NCBI RefSeq assembly: GCF_041956535.1
Contig: NW_027192198.1
Span: 248,743 to 312,742, forward strand
Origin: Calcarisporiella thermophila CBS 279.70
Taxonomy: Eukaryota; Fungi; Calcarisporiellomycota
Length of the DNA: 64,000 nucleotides
Direction of reading: 5' to 3'
Below the pieces are notes generated by a model that ran no database searches, had not been told where the DNA came from, and worked only from the letters and a program-made list of their open reading frames with translations. This document shows, piece by piece, positions 56,010 through 64,000 of the stretch. Position 1 is the first letter of the stretch. Every line of letters starts with the position of its first letter. Both the position numbers and the translations under genes were made by a program.

Positions 56010-57814
56010 TTGTGTTGACTCTCTAACATTTCGTTAGTAACTCGAATGATTAGAGTTGAAATGAGCAATGGAAATGTTTTACTTTTTTTCCCTTTTACCT
56101 GAGGAAACCGGAGAAATTTAGGATTTTCGGAGCCCGAAATTCTTAAAGAAGGGGGTTTGGTGTTCAGTCTGCCTCATTTCATGTATACCGGAAACCCAGA
56201 AAAACCCAAGTGGAAGCCTTTTTCCCCTTTACTTATTGTTTTTTCTGTTTCTAAAGCACCTATGTCAATGCTCAGGCCCTCACAAAGATTGCTGGATCCA
56301 CCCTTACGTGTCACCTAGCATTCTTAATATTGCTAAGCAATTTCCTGTTTAGCTTCATATTCATAATATACTCTATCCTGAAATGCAGAGCCTCATAAAA
56401 TTCACCCAAAGCTTGAATATACTGTTCAACCACATCCAAGCTCGCTTTCTTTGCCAACCCTATTTTTTTTTTACCCCTTAAGAGCTTGGCACAAAAAGAA
56501 GATGAATAAATTACATCACAATTAGAATACCAATGAATCTAGTCCGGAAATAATATCAGCTCCTTTATTTCTTTTATAAGTTTATCCTTATTTCTTGTAT
56601 ATATTTTTCGGATTTATGTAGATAATACTGGTAAGTGTTTAGCCAGTATGTGGTTCGATTAAGAGCTTTTAACAATATGTGGCTCGGAAAAATGGTATCG
56701 ATTTTATCTTTGTGGGGAAAGGAATTCGGCTGATGCTGATGTTGAGAAAGGAAAGGATGGAGAAGCTTCGCGATCCTAATCCCCCTTCACAATCTTTCTA
56801 TTGCGATGGGGGTTTACGAAATAGAGAAAAAAATAATCAAAATAAGGAGAAATGAAAATATGGAGAACCAAAAATATTTTTCATCTTTATCAAAGATATA
56901 TGTGTGCTCTATTCACATTTTTTTAATGACTGAACTGGCTGTAGAGGATGATAGCTATCCGACCATTTGTCATTCTATTTCATCTTTTTCTTTATGGATG
57001 AGAGTTAACAGATTATAGAAAAATCATGAAAATTTAGGAATTGCAAGCATTTACCATCCAGTCTTTTACATGCTTCTCAGTGTTTTGTAGGACTGAATTA
57101 AGTTGCTATCTCGCGTTGGTATCGTCTCTATATGCAAGCGGTCAAGCGGCAATGATCATTCCCTGAATAATATTTAACCCGTCAATTGGCTGAATCAGAT
57201 ATTCCAAATTTGGAGGTATAAATTATTTTTGAGGACCATGCATGATTAATGGAAATTTTTAGATCTTCTATGAATGTCAAAATTCTTGACAGGTCTCGCC
57301 ATTGTGAGCACGTTTTTAGTGAAGATTAGGTGTTGAGGAGTCAAGTTGACTTTGTCTATATAAAACCATTTGATCGTTTGCTGTAATTGGGTCTAGTAGG
57401 CCATTCAAAGAAAATATAGAAGTACTTTGCGGCTCATATCCTCGATCGAGCATTGTTGGGCCCATATTGGCTGAAAGGAAATATTTAAAAAATGAAAAGG
57501 ATTACTTTTATTGTACTATTTACAGAGGAAAAAAAGAGGAAGAAAGGAAAGTTAAAACGTGTAAAATGAAGAAGTTTTTTACATTTTTTTAATGTTTTGC
57601 GAGAAAAAGGTACATGATCAAAAGAGGAAATAAACAGGATAAGGAGAGAATACAAAAAAAAAACAATCCTCAAAAGCTTTTATATATACAAACATGCTTT
57701 ATGATATACTAAAGAGGACAAAAGAAGGGAATAAGAAGACTTGGGTAGTTTGGTACGGAATGCAACGATCACTAAGGATCAAAAGAAACTGCCCTCCTTA
57801 GTCTGGTAGGATTT

Positions 57815-58150
57815 TTACCTATCAAGCCCATTTGCTCCGCCATGTCTAAAATGTGGATTATATGCTACAGCGGGATCAAGCGAAAAGAAAGGTGGCGAGG
57901 CTAGTCGCTGAACAGGCCGCTTCAGCGGACTTAAACTTGGCGAGCTGTATGAAGACGCGCAAGTGGGGGGTGAGAAACTTAGCGAGGTACTTAGCGAGGA
58001 AGAGGAGTGGAGAGAATAGGAAGTTGGGAAAGTATTCTGGGCATCCTGATGGGCACATTCCGCAGAGCAGTAGAGCAGTAGCGCGTCGTCAGAATTAGTG
58101 GCGGCAATGGGCAGTTTTTTTTCGCAAACAATGCACCAGTTAGTGTCCAT
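57815..58150 (-). CDS. Ecl1-family (extender of chronological lifespan) small zinc-binding protein
   Basis: MDTNWCIVCEKK...LYCSAECAHQD, followed by a Ser-rich tail. Confidence 0.8.
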   Translation of the reverse strand: MDTNWCIVCEKKLPIAATNSDDALLLYCSAECAHQDAQNTFPTSYSLHSSSSLSTSLSFSPPTCASSYSSPSLSPLKRPVQRLASPPFFSLDPAVAYNPHFRHGGANGLDR

Positions 58151-60035
58151 GGCTGTAAGAATTTTGTGTTGGCGTCAAGAGCCGGAAGAGGTAAGAAGAA
58201 GTGAAGAGGGAAAGGGTGAGACAAACCAAGATTCAGAGATGCTCGGATGAGTGCTTTTTAAGCTGAAGAGCACAAGGCTGATAAAAATATGCAAAGATTT
58301 CACAAAGAAGGCTTATATAGAAAAGCCATAGTGGGAGGAATCCCGTTATATATGTTCAAATTTCTGCGAATTTCGGATGGAGGACACGTTCTTTTTCCCT
58401 TATTCGTCCATGACGCATTACGATTTTGGCCGCAGTATAATGCGATTGGGCGGCTTTTGTTCTATTGTGTTCTCTCTCGATTTGTCGTCATTATTCATAA
58501 TCTATTAAGCCTTGGCCCATTGTTTGCGTTTGGGCCTCCCAGCCAATCACCAGGCCGCCTTTTTTTAACTTCTGAAAGTCTGTATCTTCAATGACTCGGA
58601 AGTTGGGCAAAAGCTTTCATGGGAGGGCGGCTTGGCATTAAAATGGAAACTGTACTGCACTTTGTCATCACCGCAATTCCTCGAAAGAGCCGTTCTAGGA
58701 AAGAATGAAGCGGGATGCGAGATGAGGGGAAATAAGAACAAGGGCGGCAATCGTCCCTGGTGGATTGTCGTTGCATCCATTTTTCTTTGTGGCAAAGACG
58801 ATTGTTTAGCCAAGTGATTTGGCCCGGAAAGAGCCGCAGAACCTTTAAAACGCCCTTTGTCAATTTCCGGGTAACCCAGCCCGGGTCATTCCCAACAACT
58901 TTGCAGAAGAATAAAAATTGGGTGAAATCTCGGCCAGAGAAGCCTTGGGCCATTATTTCCCATTTGCGAATATTCTTTGTTTCTTTGGCCAAATTGAAGA
59001 AACTTTCCCATGATCGGGGAATTTCGATCCATTTCTGTAGTAGCCGTGATTTTTCATAGGGTTGTATAAAAATAACATTTGAATTGAATAATACAAATGA
59101 CCTCATTTCCCCATATAATGGGTATTCCACTCTCTCTAAGGCACTCGAGTCAAGCCGAAGCTTTGTCAGTTTTTCAGAGATTAAGGTGGGAAGAAAATAT
59201 GAGCTGATCACTTCGGCCTCAGCTCTCCTAGCACCTGTCCCCAACTTTATGGCAGATCTAGCACCAATGATCGTCGAGTCTATTTTGCATAGTTCGCCTT
59301 GCTTCAGGGCGAAGCTATATTAAGCAAAGGGAAAATCCTTCGTGATTGCGCCATTGTTAACGAATGCAGAAATCCAAACATAAATCGCAAACGCAATTAC
59401 AATCGCTCTTTGTAAGCGATTTATCCCACAGCCTTCTGTGACACGGAAGCAGTGCATATTCAAATAAGGAGAGTATTTGTACAAATCTGTGGATTATCTG
59501 TAAAAGCCATCAACCCATGCTCCCCAAGTGAGGAGAGTCGTCTAGTCCTACTATTATTTTCTTTTGCAGAGGTCTCTATTCTCAATTTTCTTAATTTCAG
59601 TTCATGCAAGTTCATATTTAGTTTCATTGACACCATCTCACTATATACCGAAATGAATTGACCGAAAGCAGGCAATAACACAAAGTTGCTGGCCGGCTTT
59701 AGAACCTATGAAACCTATTATTGACCTTCCATTTGGCTGATGCTGTATGGAGATGGGGCGTAAGGACGCCTCTTTAGCTAGTTTATTCCGTATCAAAAAT
59801 GCCATTTGGAATTTTAGATTACCCGCGTTCTACTTCCTTAGTAATAGTATGACACGACACTTTCAAGATATGCAATTGCATAGAATTTAAAATATGTAAT
59901 ATTTAATAATTGCCGGATTTTTATTGCTTCCGGGTTTAGTGCTTACTAAAGAAAGAAGATATTTTCACTTTCATGTAAATTTGTCTGATATTCAACCCAC
60001 TGGATGCAAAAGTAAAAATCATAAAATATAAGCAC

Positions 60036-60108
60036 TGGTTCTACTGAGACTCGAACTCAGATTACAGGATTCAGAGTCCTGGGTGCTAACCAATTACACT
60101 ATAGAACC
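60036..60108 (-). tRNA. tRNA-Gln(CTG), intronless
   Basis: GGTTCTATAGTGTAATTGGTTAGCACCCAGGA-CTCTGAA-TCCTGTAATCTGAGTTCGAGTCTCAGTAGAACCA: complete cloverleaf with A and B boxes and a downstream TTTT. Confidence 0.95.
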
Positions 60109-60177
60109 CTCTGCCGAAAACTAAAAGGAAAACTGACTATTTATTTTGAAATATCAGTTTAGCAGTCACATAAGCGC

Positions 60178-60193
60178 TCAAGTGCAAAATATC
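60178..60193 (+). repeat. Target-site duplication copy 1, TCAAGTGCAAAATATC (identical copies at 61417-61432 and 63056-63071; diverged copy at 63219-63235)
   Basis: Exact 16-bp direct repeats; each downstream copy directly follows an oligo(A) tail. Confidence 0.9.
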
Positions 60194-61416
60194 GCTTGAT
60201 ATCAATAGAAGAATTACGCCAATGGAAGTCTTGACCCTACCGATTAATAGGAACAAATACTTCCTCGAGAGAGGACAACCAATGCAATCTCGTGGAGAAC
60301 AACATGGGCTCTCGGTCCTGGGCAACTTCTTCATATACCATCAGAATAACAATAGATATAGGCCATTCTACGATCCTGATCTACTGGACTACGTGGTGAG
60401 GATTATCCACGTCAAACACCAGGAAGGGTTTTACAAACATTATATCAAGCTCAATACAATGTGGCGACTGGGTCAGCTGACCCTGGCCCCAAATCTTCGG
60501 GAAGCGCTCTCCTATAGGATGCCGGCCTTCACAGACTCGAGAATATTCCCCACCCATAACCTGAAAATAGCTGGTGTCAATATCAAGCTCTACTCTATTA
60601 AGTTCGGCAGACTATACCAGATATCACCAGATCCAGTTGTGGTAACAAGAGAATGGGCGCACATTACCTCGGATGAAGCAGCGTGGAGAAGAGCCTGGAA
60701 GAGCTGGCCAAGACGCCCAAGCGAACCAAAGCAAAAGATCCTTCGATGGCATCTCCTTCAACCTAAGTTGATAACAGCAAGAATTACCCAACACTTCGAC
60801 CACTCAAGCCCCAACTGCAAGAGATGTCGACGAGAAGAGATAGAGACGATAGAACATGCCTTTTTTGTATGTGCGAGAATTGGAGATCTGTGGAGGTGGT
60901 TTAACAGGCTCTATCAAAAGATCCTCGATAAGCCCTGGACAAGCATGCATAAATACGAGAAACTCTTCGGATTCCACGAGGAGACACAGGGCAAAGATCG
61001 ACAAGTTTCCATGTTGTTACACGACATCATGGTGTGGAGTATACATAAGACCAGGATTGCAATTGTAATGGACAACCAAGAACACAAGGACATCGCATTC
61101 AAATGTATCTTTTTATCAGATCTTATCATAGCAATCAAAGAACAATGGATACAGGCACAGAGGAAAAAAGACGAAGAAGGGTTCAAGCAAAAATGGGGAA
61201 AAAGCTCGCTAATCCGGCTCGATGATAGCCAAGAAGTAGCATTCGATTTCGAGGAAGCCAAGAACACTTAATCCGACATTTCCAAGCACGGAACTCTTTA
61301 AACTATATCCCATGTTCTTCTAGTACTCAATAAGCCTGTCCGAAAGCACCTCTCACATTTGTAATATATATTAAATAAACCACACGACGCAAGTTCCCGC
61401 GTCCTTAGAGGAAAAA
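60194..61416 (+). mobile_element. 5'-truncated non-LTR retrotransposon A (L1/Tx1-like; ORF2 C-terminus with zf-RVT CCHC finger)
   Basis: Frame open from the 5' junction to the stop at 61271; CKRC..ETIEHAFFVC..W motif; short 3'UTR; A5 tail at 61412-61416; flanked by TSDs. Confidence 0.88.
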
Positions 61417-61432
61417 TCAAGTGCAAAATATC

Positions 61433-63055
61433 AGCCACCCGTTACACCCAGCACAAGCTGATGAGGAAGGACGGTTTGTGGCCACACCTCGTAAGAGTGT
61501 GGCAGAGTTTAGGTGGAAAACTGGATTTAACCAAAGGATACAGATTCACCCTAGATGAAGTACTCCCCCTCCCCATTAGTAACAATTCTTATTTTACTAT
61601 AGAAGGAGCACCAGTGAAAGGGAAGGCAGAAAAATTCGGGCTAGCGAAATTGGAAGATTTCTTCAAACCGCACAGAGACAATATCTACCAACCGATGATC
61701 GAACCCGAGGTGCACGCCCTAATCGCAAGGAACCCTGACAGATACCCGAGGGAATTCAGAGAACATTATCTCGTTCTTCACCTACTATGGAGGAGAAAGC
61801 TGCTCCACCTAGACGAACGACTCGCCGAGACTCTCACACAGCGAATCCCCCTTGTTGGTAACAAACACAATTTTCCTTTAACAAAATGTTCTATTGCAGG
61901 GATTGAGACCACCGCTTACACCACCAAAGCTGGGAGACTATACAAGCAGGATGCGCCAACCATAATCACCGAGGAATGGAAAGACGTTTCCAATGACGTT
62001 GACAGATGGACGAAGGCATGGGCCAGGTGGAAAAGTCGTCCGTCAGAACCCAAGCACAGAACCCTTCGCTGGAGTCTTATGAAGCACAAAATAGTTACCA
62101 GAATCATCACTAGCAAATGGACTGGAGATCCTAACACTTGCAAAAGGTGTTCCCTAGGGATACCTGAAACAATTGCCCATGCTTTTCTAGACTGCCCAGC
62201 TATCGGGCAACTCTGGCAAAGAGTTGATGAAACAAACTGCCGAATAATTGGAATACCGCCACACGAATCCACGAGAGAAGGCAGACTGTTTGGACAAGAC
62301 AAACAAATAAGTCAACGAAGTGGTTGCTCTGAGCCACGACATAGCCCTGTGGATAATATACCGTTCGAGACTTGAATTAGTGCTGGACGATGCCCAACCC
62401 AATCCGGTAGCCATAATCAAACAATTTGACCTCGAACTACAGCGAGGAATAAAGTCCAAGTGGTGGATGGCAATGAAACAGGAACGGGAATGAGACTTCA
62501 TCGATAAATGGTCAAGGGGAAACTGGGTGAACATCATAGATGATTCTGTGATTTTCATCCAGGACACCTCTGAAGATCAAATCCCAGTCCCAACTCCGGC
62601 TTGAGAACTGCACCCAACCCTTCACTGTTGTATATTAACACCATCTCCTCTATCGTTCTTATCCCTACTTTTTCTTTTTTTTTTCCTTTTTCCTCCTTTC
62701 CTCTTCCTTTACTTTTTCAATCCTTCACTTCTTTTCGTTATTTCATGTACATAAGCAGCCTATCTTAATACCATTGCACACAATTTTTTATCCCTCCCTC
62801 TTACAGTTATTCCTATCCCCTTCTTTATTAAGCTAATTGCTGTTTCCATACTTTCCTAGCTCTTTCCTCATCACCTTTTCTCTCTTCCTCTTACACTTAA
62901 ATCCTTTTCTTCCTTTCTTTCTTTTTCCTTCTATTCTCCAAATTCTGCAAGGTAGGCCAGGAGCATTACCTGGGTGATTTTGACGTAGAAGCTACCCTAC
63001 CTTTTTAACAGGATAGGACACTTTTCAATAAAGATCCTTTGTTAAAAAAAAAAAA
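61433..63055 (+). mobile_element. 5'-truncated, decayed non-LTR retrotransposon B (related to but distinct from A)
   Basis: CKRC..ETIAHAFLDC..W finger; frameshift near 62310 and in-frame TGA at 62491; pyrimidine-rich 3'UTR; AATAAA at 63027; A12 tail at 63044-63055; flanked by TSDs. Confidence 0.88.
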
Positions 63056-63071
63056 TCAAGTGCAAAATATC

Positions 63072-63218
63072 CTTGAAATATAGGAAAGTTAGGCACAATC
63101 TCTACCATTTTATTACATGTGTTTATTGTGTTCTGATACCTTGATATCTATCAACTTCCATATTAAGCACGAAAAAGGATACTTCTTAATAAATATTCTC
63201 CTAACAAAAAAAAAAAAA
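63072..63218 (+). mobile_element. 147-bp poly(A)-tailed retroposed stub C (3' end of a third insertion)
   Basis: AATAAA at 63188, A13 tail at 63206-63218, then CTCGAGTGCAAAATAGC, which matches CTCAAGTGCAAAATATC at 60177 at 15/17 positions. Confidence 0.7.
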
Positions 63219-63249
63219 CTCGAGTGCAAAATAGCGGTTTAGTCCTGAG

Positions 63250-63366
63250 AAAAACTCGGTAAACTCTCATAGACGGGTGTCGCCTACGGGAATCGAACCC
63301 GCAGCCTAGTGATACGGCCCCGGGGTCCCAAACCAATAAGCCGACCGAGAGCGACCAAAGAAGGCA
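63250..63366 (-). ncRNA. tRNA-like candidate Pol III unit 1 (pseudo-tRNA, SINE head or ncRNA)
   Basis: T-arm/B box GCGGG-TTCGATT-CCCGT; GTCGC/GCGAC closing stem; GGTC/GACC D-like stem; TTTTT downstream; no canonical anticodon arm. Confidence 0.5.
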
Positions 63367-63612
63367 TTTTTTTTTATCAATCAATGGAAACTTTTTATTT
63401 AATTTCCATATATTACATGAAGTTAATGTCAATGGACTTAACATAACGAGATATAGGTCCTTGATCGATAGGCATGCAACCAATATGCATGTATCGTAGT
63501 TGTCGTGAATAGCATGTACGTGAAACCGATGTAATCTTTGTACTTATCGTAGGAGCGATCTTTTCGATAGTGAAGACTCAATTTCTGATCGAGTGGACAG
63601 CAGCCACAAACT

Positions 63613-63716
63613 AAAAGTAAGTGCTGGTGGGGGAAGTGGGATTCGAACCCACGCCGTTCTCATCGGCATCCCAGGGATAGTCCACTACACAAACCCTACA
63701 CCGACCAAAGAAGGCA
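63613..63716 (-). ncRNA. tRNA-like candidate Pol III unit 2 (3' half resembles tRNA-Leu)
   Basis: GGCGTGGGTTCGAATCCCAC T-arm/B box; GCCG/CGGC hairpin; TGTGTAGTGG A-box-like motif; TTTT downstream; same 5' leader as unit 1. Confidence 0.5.
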
Positions 63717-63815
63717 TTTTCCTTTGTGACTGCTATTAAAATTTTGATTGAAAAATCAGCGGTATGAAAATATAAATGTTACGGGCGGTTGGAGACTTGT
63801 GGAGAGATGTACGGG

Positions 63816-63914
63816 CTTAAAAGAGAAAAATAAGAGATTGGTTTTAATAATAATACTAATAGAATAATATAACCAGTGTATCCTCACCTTAAAAGAGAAA
63901 AATAAGAGATTGGT
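63816..63914 (+). repeat. 27-bp exact direct repeat CTTAAAAGAGAAAAATAAGAGATTGGT (63816-63842 and 63888-63914)
   Basis: Read directly from the sequence. Confidence 0.85.
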
Positions 63915-64000
63915 GAGGAACAACAAGACAAAATGGATGGATTTAAATAAAGATAGGAAATCAGAAAAATGACTCAAAATAGATGTTCCCAAGGATAAAC

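Noticed and set aside
58588-59244. 218-aa minus-strand ORF upstream of the Ecl1-like gene
   Set aside because: No recognisable motif or coding-like composition; most likely a chance ORF in a long promoter region.
62949-63003. Three-way junction considered as a hammerhead ribozyme
   Set aside because: The catalytic core CUGANGA...GAAA is absent.
60178-63235. Repeat-spacer pattern considered as a CRISPR array or LTRs
   Set aside because: Eukaryotic context, very unequal spacers (147-1623 bp) that encode LINE ORF2 fragments, and poly(A) tails identify the repeats as target-site duplications.
63613-63716. tRNA-like unit 2 considered as tRNA-Sec or a functional tRNA-Leu(GAG)
   Set aside because: No TCA anticodon loop. 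The GAG-containing hairpin abuts the T-arm with no variable region, and the acceptor stem pairs poorly.
63776-63820. Short peptide AVGDLWR resembling element A's IGDLWR
   Set aside because: Too short, ends in a stop, and lacks the adjoining CCHC finger; probably chance.

Overview
Gene-dense, intron-rich eukaryotic DNA from a fungus, probably an early-diverging (Mucoromycota-like) lineage. The lineage is inferred from gene content only. Positions 1-58.2 kb hold about 31 protein-coding genes with short introns, many in head-to-head pairs: samB/MUB1, Rab5, RPL20, CSL4, MED5, TOM22, a Rab11-like GTPase, IND1, an S9A peptidase, mitochondrial uL15, SEC23, RPL29, VPS9, ATP20, cytochrome c, TSC1, SER3, Ecl1 and others. 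A 557-N assembly gap lies at 11622-12178. The main observation is in the last 4 kb. Starting 70 bp upstream of a tRNA-Gln(CTG) gene, three 5'-truncated poly(A)-tailed retro-insertions are stacked head-to-tail, separated by four copies of one 16-17 bp target-site duplication. Two are distinct L1/Tx1-like non-LTR elements and one is a 147-bp stub. Their decay increases with distance from the tRNA, which suggests position-specific, tRNA-targeted LINE integration like that of Dictyostelium TRE5. Two tRNA-like candidate Pol III units with an identical 5' leader follow the array. Other notable items are a truncated CEP120-like (centriolar, tandem C2) gene and a divergent COG2907-flavoprotein / CFA-synthase-family methyltransferase pair resembling bacterial lipid-modification operons. 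Family assignments are from motif recognition by eye; no database searches were run.
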